Below, piece after piece: positions 1 to 20,015 of a DNA stretch of 64,000 nucleotides (positions are counted from its first letter, which is position 1; every line of letters starts with the position of its first letter). Origin of the DNA: the human T2T-CHM13v2.0 reference genome, Homo sapiens. Location: NCBI RefSeq assembly GCF_009914755.1, contig NC_060925.1, one strand, 5' to 3'. The position numbers and the translations under genes were made by a program. A model generated the notes under the pieces. That model was not told where the DNA came from and made no database searches. It was given only the letters and a program-made list of their open reading frames with translations.

Positions 1-640
1 GCCTACTGGTATTTACCTCTGAATATCAAAATAATATACTTATAATGCTTGTTCTTAGTTTATTATGGAAGATAATAATTTAATAGTTTGTATCACCCCA
101 CCCCCACTCATCTCCTTTCTCCACCACTCCAATATAGTTACATCATAATTTTTTGTCAAATCAGTATTCAGTGTTGGCCTTACTGATTTCACACACATGA
201 TTTACTGCTGAAACTAATCTTCCATTATCTTTCTTGTGCTGATTTTTTGTTTTTACTTATGTTAATTATCTTGTTTTTTTCTTTCTGCCATTTTCTTAGT
301 TTTCCATATCTTTATCATGAATTCATCCCCAACTCTTCAATAGAATGTAAAAATCTTCTGAATGCTAATTTCCACATGATGAAACACATCAGGCAATCTA
401 TTAATTCCCCCGTTTTGTTCCCTTAAGGAGACCTGGAGCCTTCCATCTCCCTCTGGGCCTTCTGCACAGAAGTTGTTCAGAGGATTCCCTTTCACACTTT
501 TCTTGGGTGGGTCCCCTTTTCCTGGATCCCACACATCTTTTCTTTCTTGGCTTAGTCTTCCATTTTAGTGAAGCACATCCTTATCTCAGTGTGACAGGGC
601 ATGTCCTTTACCGGCTTCCTGAGAAAGAATGCACGAGAAG
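1..640 (-). mobile_element. Old L1 (L1M-type) fragment, resuming between Alus to ~3560
   Basis: T-rich degenerate LINE-like sequence; recognised by eye, subfamily uncertain. Confidence 0.45.
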
Positions 641-641
641 A

Positions 642-970
<329 letters not shown>

Positions 971-1024
971 TCAGATAATTCTTTATTCTACCCTCACAGT
1001 TGGCTTATAACTTGAATGACATAG

Positions 1025-1345
<321 letters not shown>

Positions 1346-1658
1346 TAGACTTTTAAAGGCATTGCTCCAGGACGGCTGTTGAGAAGTCCATTGCCATTCC
1401 TGATTCCACGCTATCCTTTGTGTGCACCCTCTCCTTTCTGTAAGGAAACTTTAAGTATTTTATCCATATCCTAGTTCATCAAAAATTTCATGCAAATGAG
1501 ACTTGGTTTGGGCATATTTTTATATATTGTATTTGTAGGTCTTTGGGTAAGTCTTTTTGTTCTAGAAACTCATGTCTTTTACCTCTGAGAAACGTTCTAT
1601 TATTTCTGTGCTCTCTCTTCTCTCCGTTTTCTCTAATCTCTTTCTCAGTATCTAAAGG

Positions 1659-1998
1659 GTTTATTTTATTTTATTTATTTTATTTTATTTTTTTTTGATT
1701 TTTTTTTTTTGAGAGAGAGTCTTTCTCTGTTGCCCAGGCTGGAGTGCAGTGGTGCCATCTTGCTCACTGCAACCTTCGCCTCCTGGGTTCAAGCGATTCT
1801 CCTGCCTCAGCCTCCTGAGTAGCTGGGATTACAGGTGTGTACCACTACACCTGGTTAATTTTTGTATTTTTAGTAGAGAGTAGAGTAGTTTTACTATATT
1901 GGCCAGGCTGGTCGTGAACTCCTGACCTCAAATGATCCGCCTGCCTTGGCTTCCCAAAGTGCTAGGATTATAGGTGTGAGCCACCCACCATGGCCAGC
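1659..1998 (-). mobile_element. Alu
   Basis: (TTTA)n tail plus antisense Alu body. Confidence 0.93.
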
Positions 1999-2224
1999 TA
2001 AAGATCTTTCCTCTACTCAGTTTCCCTAGTAAAAAAATCCCTAATCTCCACCTGAGAGGGCGGGTATTCACCTGGCCATCAGTATTCTACAAACTGTGTC
2101 TCATGAGCCTAGGGTCTTAATGTTCAGACTGTCTCCTAACACACCTGTTTTCATTATGACATCTGTCACCTGCTTTCCACTGTGCCCGGTGTTGAAATGA
2201 AGTATCCCTGGTTCACTTAAAAAA

Positions 2225-3120
<896 letters not shown>

Positions 3121-4882
3121 TGTTTCACTTTTTAACTAGAATAAAACCTCCAGTCCTTGACAAGATATGGAAGATGTAGTTATCTGCCTGTGTATGTTAT
3201 GGAAGGGACCTGGTTCTTATGCAGAATTTCAACCCATTCCCTTGTTCTTAGCCCATACCTCACTCCCACCTTCTGCAATAACTTGTGCCTCCAATATCTA
3301 ATCTTTCCCTTGTCCTAGGTCTCCAACTGACTGACTTCTCTTTGGCATCTTTTGCTATAGCACTTGGTATGCAGCTATCTCAGCTCTGCCAACCCGTCCA
3401 TCCACTTGCCATCTTCCAAAAATGTGTTGACATCTGTGGTCCACCATTGGCTTCTTTACATCGCTTTACTTTTATTTTTGTGAGGTTTGTTGAGGGAGCA
3501 GATATAAATGCATTTATTCCATCTGCCACATTTAACCAGAAATTCAAAAACTGCACTCTTAATTACTATGCTGAATTGCTTCTCAAATGAGATAGTACCT
3601 CTGGGATCCCATAGTCCAATGAGGATGAAATGAGATTACACATGTGAACATACTTTGTAAGCTTTAAAGAGCTATGTGCAATGAGTAAGAGGGTCTGTGT
3701 TAAATTCCCCGCCAAAGTGCCCTCCATTTTTCTCTCTGTTCTCTGATTCCTCCCATCTCCAAAGTACAGATCAAGCTTACCTCTTCCTGAGGCCTTCCCT
3801 GATCAACCCAGCTAACAGGGATGTCCCCGAGCTCTGACCACCAGGAGATTCTCTTTCACCTCCCTTGGCCCTAAGCAGTGCTGCTTTGTTCTTAAGCACA
3901 AAGTTACTAAGTTGCATCATCAAATGTAGTTCTGCTGGTGTACTAAAAAGAGCTTTCTTCCTTCCTACGGGCAGGGGACACAGGCTTGACTAAACAAGGG
4001 TGCACTTTGGGAGTGGAGGAAGAAGGGTTTTTTCCTTGGGAGGTGAGTTTAGAAGACAAAGTGGCTTCTGTTGCCCTGCAATCTGAGCTGTGGGTGTGGC
4101 TCTCAGAGCCCACCTTCTTCCTCTTGCCTCCTCTGCCCTCTCCAGAGCTCTCCTCTGGGCAGTGGAGCCCATGGCAGTGGCTGCACCAACAAGTCCATGC
4201 CACTGGTCAGGGGCTGTGTCCTTTCACTCCCTCACTCTTTCCAGAACTTTGATGTGGCTTCTGAGGGATTCAACTCATCTGTGGAGAACTTAAGCCAGAA
4301 TGGCAGTGGAAGATGGACTGGTCTCTGCCTAGAAGTGGTTGATCTTCACCTCAAAAAGATTCTGATCATTTTCCAAGAGACAAATTTCCTCTGACAGTCT
4401 TTCCAGAACATTCCATTAGAGTGAAATGTGCCATCTCTTGTCCCTTCCCTGACATGATTATGAAGGAAACTGGGCTTTTCCCAGGGACTGAGGCTGCAAG
4501 AGGCTGCCTGAAGGTCAGTGCTGGTGTGCTGGAGCATCTCTGAAACACACAGGTGCACAGACACAATCGTGCTCCCAGACTGCAGGGCATAACTCTTTGT
4601 GCAGCAGCAGTAGCACTCCCCGGCCCCATGTGTATGCACCGGCGCAGGAATCCATTTCCTCTGGATTCTTCTCTGTCCTTCCCAGAACCTTCATCTTTAG
4701 AGAGCCTTGAAAGTGAGGCCGATTTGGTTGGAAACAGCCAGCCAGGGCAGCGAGGTGGAAGAATGGCCAAGGAGAGAAACACAGACAATGAGGAGGTCAT
4801 GCCACTCTGATTTCCCCTACCCCCGCTGCAGATTGTCCCAGGGCTTAGGATCCCTCTCCCCTACTTCTTTTTATATCTGGAG

Positions 4883-5183
4883 CTGTGTTGTCAAATACAG
4901 GAGCTGCTAGCCATGCATGGCTGTTGAACACTTGAAATATAGCTAGTCTGAGTTGTTGAGATGGGCTAAAAGTATAAAATACATACGGGAATTTAAAGAC
5001 TTAGGAAAAAAGAATGTAAGATAGCTCATGAAAAAAATGTTTTCATATTAACCATAATGACAAAATACTTGCATTTTGGAAATACTGGGTTAAATAAAAT
5101 ATATAATTAAAATGAATTTCATCTGCTTCTCTTTATTTAATTGCACTTGTGGCTCACATTGTATTTGTGTTGCTCAGCACTGG
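4883..5183 (-). mobile_element. MER33-like hAT-Charlie DNA transposon
   Basis: Resembles MER33 consensus; flanking 8-mers ATCTGGAG / GTCTAGAG fit the hAT NTCTAGAN target. Confidence 0.75.
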
Positions 5184-5659
5184 TCTAGAGCCTGCCGTGA
5201 GCCAGACTGCTTGACTGGGCCCTGATTCCCTATTTGGATCTTGTCATTTCTTTCCACAGAAATGAGACCCTTGTCATTCTTAGAGTCCTTTGTTGAATGG
5301 AAGAAGAAATGGAATAATGCCGTATCCACTTGATGGGGACATCACCTCCTACCTGGATGGTCAGAGGACTCCTATCCATCCCACTGTTCCTTCTGGTTTG
5401 GGGCCCAGAGGTACAGAGCCCTCCCTCTCCCCCACAACCCCAGTATCCATTTGGATTGAAGTACCAGCATGGGCTGGGCCTTGAGCCTAGACAGGCCCAA
5501 AACTCTCCAGGAAGCCCCCTCTAGGCTGTGCCTGCCCTGTCTGGTAGGGTAAAGCCAGGTGGCCCCAAATGCCTGTCTTATTCTTCTCTTAGTTTTCCTC
5601 CTTCCCTCTTATCTGTCCTCTCCTCCCCCAACCCTTCTCTTCTTTTTTAAAAGTCTAAT

Positions 5660-5870
5660 TCTGAGCAGCCGGCTCTGTTCAACCTGACTGGTTTGTTATG
5701 GCTTATAATCTGCGCCAGGATTAATTAGCTAATTACTGACAAACGTCCGCTGGCAAGATTCTGCTCCAGCTTGTCAGCTTGAAGTGTTTAATTATTTTAA
5801 TCATTTACTTTCATCTTCAAAATGTATGCTGCCAAGAAAGTTGCAGGGCATCTTTTAATTATGATTTGGG
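5660..5870. promoter_or_regulatory. Candidate enhancer (homeodomain motif cluster)
   Basis: Palindrome TAATTAGCTAATTA 5722-5735, GGATTA, TGACA, several TAAT cores in non-repeat DNA. Confidence 0.4.
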
Positions 5871-6484
5871 GTTTCTGCTGGGCTGTGTTCTGTTCCTGAG
5901 GACAGGGGACGTTATTTATTTATTTATTTTTTACCAGTCTTCCACCAAAGCCTGAACATGCTTCTACTCCCAGGGCCTCCACATTCCACGGATGGCTGAT
6001 GGAGAAGAATCCCAGGTCATCTGTGGACACCTCTCCTTCTGTATCCCCAGAACATGATGTGCACAGGTGCATAAAGGAAATTTAAATTTTGTGAGTACTA
6101 TTATGTGCTGAACATCATGCTAGTTGTTTTTCTATTTTATTTCACATTTGTGAGCACAGAATATGGAAACAGCCTGAGAACTGGACAGAGTGGCCTGGGG
6201 TGATCAGTGGGGTGAAAAAAGTAAGAAAGGGGTTATTTTATTGATTGATTGATTGATTTTTGTGATATGATTTAATTATAGTAAACTGAAGTCGTCTTAA
6301 ATATCAAGCTCTGTGAATTGTCACATATACGTACACCATCACCCAGTCAATGTACCCTAGAGGCCCTGTAATGCCCACTCCCAGCTTATCCTTCCCAACA
6401 GTAACCACTTCTGACTTCTATCACCATAGATTTGTTTTTCTAGTCTTCACTCTTATGTAAATAGGAATCTGCAATATGTTCTCT

Positions 6485-7089
<605 letters not shown>

Positions 7090-7250
7090 ATACATTCTCT
7101 TTTATGTGAAACTTCTTTCCCTCAACATTTTGGCTGTGAGAGGAAGGGGTCTTTAATATAAATCATATTCTCTGGCCAAGGCTTTGGTTTGGGTCCAGCT
7201 GAGAGATTCAACCCATGTTCTTAGAAAGACTTTAACATGGTTTCCTCCTA

Positions 7251-7592
<342 letters not shown>

Positions 7593-7804
7593 TCATTCCC
7601 TCTCCTTCTCTACTTTCTCCTTTTTCCTCTCTTCCCCCTCCTCTCCTTGCTCTTGCCCCTGGCCATAGTCATGACTTTCACTACATCCTATTAGGAAGTT
7701 CTTCCTGAGCTTAAATTCATGCCATTCTGGATACAAAGGCTTATGAGTTTCCTAAAGACACATGGTGTTCAGAGGAGGGTTTTGAAGAACAAAAGATTCC
7801 CACA

Positions 7805-7986
7805 TTATGGGTTGAATTGTGTCCCCTAAAAAAATATGCTGGATTCCAAGTCCCCACTACCTCAAAATGTAGCCTCAACTGGAAATAGGGTCTTTACAGA
7901 TGCCATCAAGTTAAAATGAGGTCATTAGGGTGGGCCCTAATCCAATAAGACTGGTGTCCTTATGAAAAGGGGAAATTTGGACACAG

Positions 7987-8020
<34 letters not shown>

Positions 8021-9131
8021 TGAGAACATCATGTGAAGATAAAGGCGGAGATGGGGGGATGCATCCTCAAGCCAAGGAACACCAAAGACACCAGCTATCC
8101 TCCAGAAGCCACAAGAGAGGCATGAAACAGATTTTCCCTGGAGCCCTAACAGGGAACCATTGTCCCTGGAGCCCTAGGAGGGAACCAACCCTGCCAATAC
8201 CTTGATTTCAGACTTCAAGCCTCCAGAACTGTAAGACAAAAACAAACTTCCTTCCTTCCTTCCTTCCTTCCTTCCTTCTCTCTCTGTCTTTCTTTTCTTT
8301 CTTCTTTTTTTGAGACAGAGTCTCACTCTGTCACCCAGGCAGGACTGCAGTGGCGTGATCTCAGCTCACTGCAACCTCCACTTCCTGAGTTCAAGTGATT
8401 CTCCTGCCTCAGCCTCCAAGTAGCTGGGATTACAGGTGCATGCCACAACAGCCAGTTAATTTTTGTATTTTTAGTAGAGATGGGGTTTCACCATGTTGGT
8501 CAGGCTGGTCTTGAACTCCTGACCTCAAGTGATCCACCCATCTAGGCTCCCAAAGTGCTGGGATTACAGGCGTGAGCCACTGCACTCAGCATCTTCCTTC
8601 CTTCCCTTCCTTCCTTCCTTCCCTCCCTCCCTACTTGCTTGCTTGCTTGCTTGCTTTCTCTTTCTTTCTTTCTTTCTTTCCTTCTTTCTTTCTTTCCTTG
8701 TCTCTGTCTTTCTCTCTGTCTTTCCTTTCCCTCCCTCCCTTCTTTCTTTCTTTCCTTTTTTTTTTTTTTTTTTTTTGACAGAGTCTCACTCTGATTGCCC
8801 AGACTGGAGTGCAGTGGTGTGACTTCAGCTCACTACAGCCTCGACCTCCCTGGGCACAGGTGATCATCCCCCCTCAGCCTCCCCAGTGGCTGGGACCACA
8901 GGCACCCACCACCACACCCAGGTAATTTTTTGTATTTTTAGTAGAGACAGGGTTTTGTCATGTTGCCCAGGCTGGTCTCGAACCGCTGGACTCATGTAAT
9001 CTATCTGCCTCAGCCTCCCAAACTTCTGGGATTATAGGTGTGAGCCACTGCACCAGCCCAAGATAATACATTTTGTAATTTCAGCACTCAGTTTGTGGTG
9101 CTCTGCTGCAACACCCCTAGGAAAATACTGC
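7805..9131 (+). mobile_element. MLT1C-like MaLR LTR interrupted by two antisense Alus (~8250-8590, ~8595-9060)
   Basis: TTATGGGTTGAATTGTGTCCCC start, CCTCCAGAACTGTAAGA, 3' end resumes at ~9060; (CA)n at ~7988-8013. Confidence 0.8.
8595..8776. repeat. (CCTT)n/(GCTT)n/(CTTT)n polypyrimidine tract (Alu tail-derived)
   Basis: Seen directly. Confidence 0.9.
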
Positions 9132-9239
9132 ACCCCCAAAGGGAGCTGCAGTCGGGTCTTTCTGAATCTGTGTCATGAGACCGATAGCAACCTCTGAGGC
9201 ATCCTCCGTGCAAACCCAGCCCCAGGCTGGGAGTGACTG

Positions 9240-9420
9240 AGGTGACAGCTCCAAGTTGGAAGACTGAGGAGAGGAGAAAAATCAAATTAATGAGCTCAGC
9301 AATGCCATTAATGAGGCATCAGGCAATATCCAGGGGGCTTCTGTGATGGCCTACACCAGGGCAAGATTAGCCAAAGGATGCCGGGAGCCAGCTCGTGCCA
9401 GGTTCTGACGTGATGTGATC
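9240..9420. promoter_or_regulatory. Candidate enhancer
   Basis: ATTAATGAG twice (9286, 9307), TGACAG 9243, TGACGT 9406. Confidence 0.3.
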
Positions 9421-10299
9421 TGTCCTCTTGATGCCTCCCTTCCACAAAGTCCAGGGTGGGGCTGGGAGTAAACACAGAGAGTCCTCACCCAGCAGCTGAG
9501 ATCGCTTGGAAGTCCCTTACCCTTCTTTGGATCTGGTACATGACCCTGCACATGGCATTGCACTTTCTACCATGCAGGTTCATACCTGAGTCCCCCCTCA
9601 AACACACCTATTCCTATGTGCCAGGCTCAGTAAAGCCACCCTATCTATATGTGTTTCCCTCCTCCTACTCCCACCCACCTTGAAAGTTCCATCTGGAACA
9701 ATTTGCTTCATAGGAATGCAAGCGAGCAGCTTGCTAGCCTGTCTGGCAAATGCATAGGGAACCTCCTGGCCAAATCCTACAAAACCTTCTTTCTCTGGGC
9801 CCCTGCTGGTCCATGCTAAAAATCCACCCCCACATCTCATCATCCCACCTCCTTCTGATGATCCTGTCATTCAGGTCAGAGCCAGCTCTCACTGCCTTCT
9901 GCCAGAGCTCAAAGTTTCTGCCTAACAAGCCCCCTCCTTACCGACAGCCACAGGCTCTCCCTGGTTTGTCCGTAGAGGTCCGTATGGGGTCTGAGTCCCT
10001 GTCGCAGTCTGTGTCTTCTATAGCTAGGTCTAGCTTACGATGGCTTGTATGATGACGGGCATGGTCAGACACCCCTCACCACCATACGCTGTCTGAGGAT
10101 CTCAAACACAGAGGAGTGTGAGGCCTGTGCCTGGGAAGCCTTATAATGAAGTAATGCGTGAGGAGAGAAAATAAGATGGGGTCTGGGTCCTAGCCCTGGG
10201 TCTGTCTCTAGGGCAAGCCACTTCCCTTCTAAATCTCTTTCTTTACCTGAAAAATGGGGACATAATCTCCACTGTATGAAATTATACACCCAAGTAAGT

Positions 10300-11040
<741 letters not shown>

Positions 11041-11362
11041 ATGTAAACTGCAAAGCTCTGAACAAATGTGACACTATTAGTATCACAGACACTTTTGCAC
11101 TTGGCTCTGGGGACCTCAACGGACCTCCTCCACCACAATAAAAGCCCCTCCATTCTCATTTGTTATCATTTTCAAACAATTTCCATGAAATATACATTTA
11201 TAGTTGCTATAGGTTTGGTCTTCAGTCCTCACTTTCTAGACAGAGTAACACAGGCGTTAGAGTAACAGTGAGTCAGCAGATCTGGGTTCCAATGTGGCTC
11301 TGTTGTTTATCAGCTGCACAAGATATTTCTTCAAGCCTTTTTTCTCATGAGGTGACCAATTA

Positions 11363-12316
<954 letters not shown>

Positions 12317-12526
12317 TTTTTTTAATTGGATCTTGACACAGGGATGCAACTGTGCTTAATATCTCTTAGACAATGCTGTCATTAGATACATGGTGTCTAA
12401 ATGGGGATCTTGTCAAAATTAGTTTTCCATTGCTGTCACACACACACGTGCATCAAACAATGGAGCTCAAAGTCAGAGGAGAGGGTAGGAATGAATGAGG
12501 GTGAATGTGAATGCTTTCCTCTCTAC

Positions 12527-12995
12527 TGCAGTATAGTTCTCTGGGTGGCCTTGAATCAACCCTGTTCTCTTCCCTTTTTTGCCTGTAGTTCTCAAGAATA
12601 ACTGTAGAATATGCTGGGAATACAACATCCTGAGATAGGGAGGAACTGGCCAGAACAACCCAGACTTTGTTCCATTGCTCCTTAGAAACAGAATAGCCTT
12701 CAATGCTTCAGTCCAGTGAATCATCAACCTTGGGGTATAAAACCCAGGGTGGGCTGCTTTCTGGGGTCCCTCAGCTGCAGTGCAAGTGAGGCCTGCACAG
12801 ATGAGATTTCATCCACCCTGGGCAGCTTTCCTGAGCCTTGGGGGACCAGCTCCCAATGAATCATAGGCTTTGGTTATGCCTTGCTGCCTATCTGTAAGTC
12901 ATAACTCCGCTTCATGTAACCTGCTGTGTGTGTGGGTGTTCTTTCTCACCAGACTCAGACAAGTTGGTAACCAATGCACAGTGAATCTGCTTCAC
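12527..12995 (+). mobile_element. Solo ERV LTR (LTR47-like)
   Basis: LTR layout with TATAAAA 12736-12742; resembles recalled LTR47 consensus, name tentative. Confidence 0.65.
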
Positions 12996-13117
12996 TTCTC
13001 CCTTCTTTCCTCCCTCCCTCCCTTCCTTCTTTCCTTCCTTCCTTCTTTCCTTCCTCCCTCTCTTCTTCCTCCCATACTTCCTTCCTTCCATCCTTCCTTC
13101 CTTTCTCTCTTCCTTCC
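12996..13117. repeat. (CCTT)n-rich simple repeat
   Basis: Seen directly. Confidence 0.9.
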
Positions 13118-13414
13118 ATTAATGATCCCCTACTAGATTTACATAGGATACTGGGCACTTTGCCAGGGCACTGGGGCATAATTTCATTCCTGACCTCAAG
13201 GAACTCCTAGCCTGATGAGGGAAACAGGGAGAGAGATTATAGTGGTCTTGGGAATATAGAGAAAAGAACATTTTTAAGATGCATACATTTCTGAATTTCC
13301 TCATCTATCAAATGTGAATAATAATACTTGACTTACAGAGCTGTTCTGAAGATGTTGTCTGGCATTTAGTGGTGGCTCAGTAAGCATTTGTTAAATTTAA
13401 AATGTGTTGATGTA

Positions 13415-13560
13415 GGCCGGGTGCGGTGGCTCATGCCTGTAATCCCAGCACTTTGGGAGGCCGAGGCAGTTGGATCATTTGAGGTCAGGAGTTTGAGACC
13501 AACCTGGCCAACATGGTGAAACCCGTCTCGACTCTGTCTCAAAAAAATAAATAAAATAAA
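13415..13560 (+). mobile_element. Alu lacking most of its right arm
   Basis: Left arm joined to GACTCTGTCTCAAAA; TSD AAAAT(G/A)TGTTGATGTA. Confidence 0.88.
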
Positions 13561-13574
13561 ATATGTTGATGTAG

Positions 13575-14320
13575 AATAAACAAGACTTGGTGCCTAAGAA
13601 TACAGGGGTTTAAGAAAGGAGAGAAGTAGAGGATGATTCCTAGGTTTCTGGCTTGGGTAACAACTGGGTTGGTAATGGTACCAGGTGGGGTCAGAGAAAG
13701 AGAAGGGGAAGAAAGTTAGGGACAAGATGATGAAACCAGTATTGGACACACTCAGTTGTGAGAAAGATGATGGGAGAGGGTGTCCAATAGGAACAGGCTA
13801 AAAGTGTCTAGATTGCAGGAGAGACATCTGGGCTGGAGACAGAGATGAGTGAGTTAGGAGAACATGACTCAGGCATAGGTGAGACATAGATGAACAGAAG
13901 AGGATTGGAGCCCACGCCAGCATTTAAAGGGTAGGTGGGAGGAGCACAGGACCCCGAACAAGTATCACAAGAGAGGAAGAAGAGAAGCAGAGAGTGCTAT
14001 CGCAGAAGCTAGGGAAGGAGAGGGTTTCAGGGGAGAGAAGAGGGTCTGCAGGGTCAAGTGTTTCAGACAGGCGGTGAGAAAGCCCATTGGGTTTGGGATC
14101 AACATCTGTATGTATGGGCAGCTCTATCAAGAGTGTGGGTGGAAGTCAGACCACAGTGTGTTGCAGAGACAATGAAGGGGAAGTGTATCCACTGACTGCA
14201 ACTATTCTTCCAAGAATCGTGTTAGTGAAGGAAAGAAAAGGATTTCAATGATAGCTTAAGGAGAGGCAAGCCCATTTTGGAATGGAGAAAACCTAAGAAA
14301 ATTTTTAAGCAAAAGAAGGA
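13575..14320 (-). mobile_element. L2 fragment
   Basis: Typical L2 motifs such as GGTTTCTGGCTTGGG and GGGCTGGAGACAGAG. Confidence 0.65.
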
Positions 14321-14325
14321 ATCAG

Positions 14326-14620
14326 GGCCAGGCACGGTGCCTCACGCCTGTAAAACCAACACTTTGGAAGGCCGAGGCAATAGGATCACTTCAGGTCAGG
14401 AGTTCAAAACCAGCCTGGCCAACATGGCGAAACGCTGTCTCTACTAAAAATACAAAAATTAGCCAGGCGTGACAGTGTGTGCCTGTAATCCCAGCTACTC
14501 AGGAGGCTGAGGCAGGAGAATCACCTGAACCCGGGAGGCAGAAGTTGCAGTGAACCGAGATGACACCACTGCACTTCAGCCTGTGCAACAGAGCCAGATT
14601 CCATCTCAAAAAAAAAAAAT
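14326..14620 (+). mobile_element. Alu
   Basis: Full Alu match. Confidence 0.93.
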
Positions 14621-14919
14621 AGAAGGATTCAGTAGATTGGGAGAAGGGTGAGGATACAGGTTGAAGAAGAGTGAACGGTTGACCAAGAGCTAGATATTTC
14701 CAGCCTCCCTTTGGGCATCTCCTTGTCCGTTCTGTGTGCATAGTGAGACAGCCTAGACCAATTCAGCTCTGCCTGTGCTAAAAGGGGGCCCCTTTGCCCT
14801 TTGATACAGGCAGATGAGGGCATGTGAAAGGCTGTGCCTCAGTGTCCAGGTCTACCTCATCCACACTTGGGACTATCCACATACACTCTCATTCCCACCC
14901 CTAGACTCATATATACCCT

Positions 14920-15699
<780 letters not shown>

Positions 15700-15705
<6 letters not shown>

Positions 15706-16030
15706 CACAGAAGCCCACGCACATATGCAGAGGCTCTCATAGGTCCACCTTGCTCCTACTGTTCGGCTAGGGCTTATGTGTCCACACGAGTTCATGAATT
15801 CACTAAGACACACTCACCCACTCCCCTACAGGCCCACACAAATCTTTACAGGCTAACACACACTTACACACTGTCCACCACATTCTCAGACAGACCCACA
15901 CATGTCCAAGTTCACAAACACACTCTTACAAGCATACTCATACACTGCCATTTAGGCTCATGTGAGTATGTGTGCATGCACACACACATACTCTCTCACA
16001 CTCACAGAGGCACATGTGCCGACACACAAT
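15700..16030. repeat. Degenerate CA-rich low-complexity tract
   Basis: Seen directly. Confidence 0.7.
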
Positions 16031-16494
16031 TAAACTGAGAATCTTCCAGCCTAAGGAGGGCTGAGTTGACTGAACATCCATGAGCCAGGGAGAATACCTT
16101 GGTTAGCAAATGATTTCACCGCAGACCTGCAGCTTTGCTCCAGGACATTTGTTTCAGCAGAGAATCAATGTGTCTGGGGCCAAGGCGGAGAGAGAAGGGA
16201 GCAGGTTTGAAAGAACAGAACTCTCATCTCTCCCTCCTGGTCTGCCTCTCCACAGATGCCCAGGGGCTCCCACTCTCACCCTCCTGAGCAGAAGCTGGGG
16301 ATCCTCTGAGCTGCTGTCCCTGATGTTAGAGAGCCCTTATCCCTGAGACCAATGCCAGTCATCAAATACATCTCATAGGATGTCTGCACAAAATCAGCTG
16401 CCCCAAGCCCCTTGCCTCCCTCCTCCTGGCTTCTCTGATGCATCCCCCACAGGTGAGCAATACGCAGCTGGGTCCCCACTTGGGTGATTTTTAA

Positions 16495-17234
<740 letters not shown>

Positions 17235-17249
17235 AACTTCACCTTTTTC

Positions 17250-18290
17250 TTTACAGAGAACATAAATAGATTAGGGACAATCAGAAGGAGACCCTTATAA
17301 CTTCCTGAGCCACCACCACCATCAGGAGAAGCTACTCACATTTGTCTCATTTTTGTCTTCTCTCATCTCAGAAGGGTGTGGGGCTGATTGCTCACTGATG
17401 CTCTACATCCTGCCGCTCCCACATCACCTGAAAACTTGCTCCATCATCAATTTCTCCCCTTTCTCCTGCGTCTTCACTCTCTTGGTCTCTACTAGATCCT
17501 TCCCTTCACAGATAGATATGGTGCTGTCTCTTCCATCTTAAAAAAATGAGTTCTCTTGGCCAGGCGCAGTGGCTCACATCTGTCATCCCAGCAATTTCAG
17601 AGGCCAAGGTGGGAGGATTGCTTGAGTCCAGGAGTTCAAGAGCATCCTGGGCAACATAGTAAGGCTCCATTTCTACTAAAATAAATTTTAAAAAATTAGC
17701 CAGGCATGGTGGCACACACCTGTAGTCCCAGCTACACAGGAGGCTGAGGTGGGAGGCTGAGGTGGGAGGATCGCTTGAATCCCACAGGTCAAGGTTGCAG
17801 TGAGCTGTGATCGCATGACTGTACTCCAGCTCTGTGTGACACAGCAAGACCTTATCTCAAAAAAAAATAAATAAAAGTCTTCTTCTATACAACATTTGCT
17901 TCTATCTGCCACTCAGTCTCTCTCCTTTCATTCATTGCCAATTTTCTTAAAAGAGTTGCCTCTACTCCCTCTCTCCTCCTATCACCCCCTCATTCCCCAA
18001 ATCACTGCAATCTGTCTCCTGCACCCCACCCCCCACACACACACAACTGTTCACCAGGGGTCCCAGCAAGACACAATGTTCACTTCTCAGTCCCTCCAGT
18101 AGGGACCCCTTAGCAGCAGTGAATACTGTTGACCATTCCCTTCTTCTTGGAACTCTCTCCCCCTGGTTGTCTTCTCTCCTGACAAGTCTCGGCTCTCTTG
18201 TCTCCTTACCTCTCTGACTACCACTTATTGCCTCCTTCTTTCTCTGCCCTCTTCCCAGATCCAATTAATATTAATTATGTAGCTTCTACC
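17250..18290 (+). mobile_element. L2 fragments interrupted by an AluJ (17558-17875)
   Basis: CT-rich L2 motifs (GCAGTGAATACTGTTGACCATTCCCTTCTTCTTG). Confidence 0.6.
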
Positions 18291-18299
18291 TCCTAAAGA

Positions 18300-20015
<1,716 letters not shown>

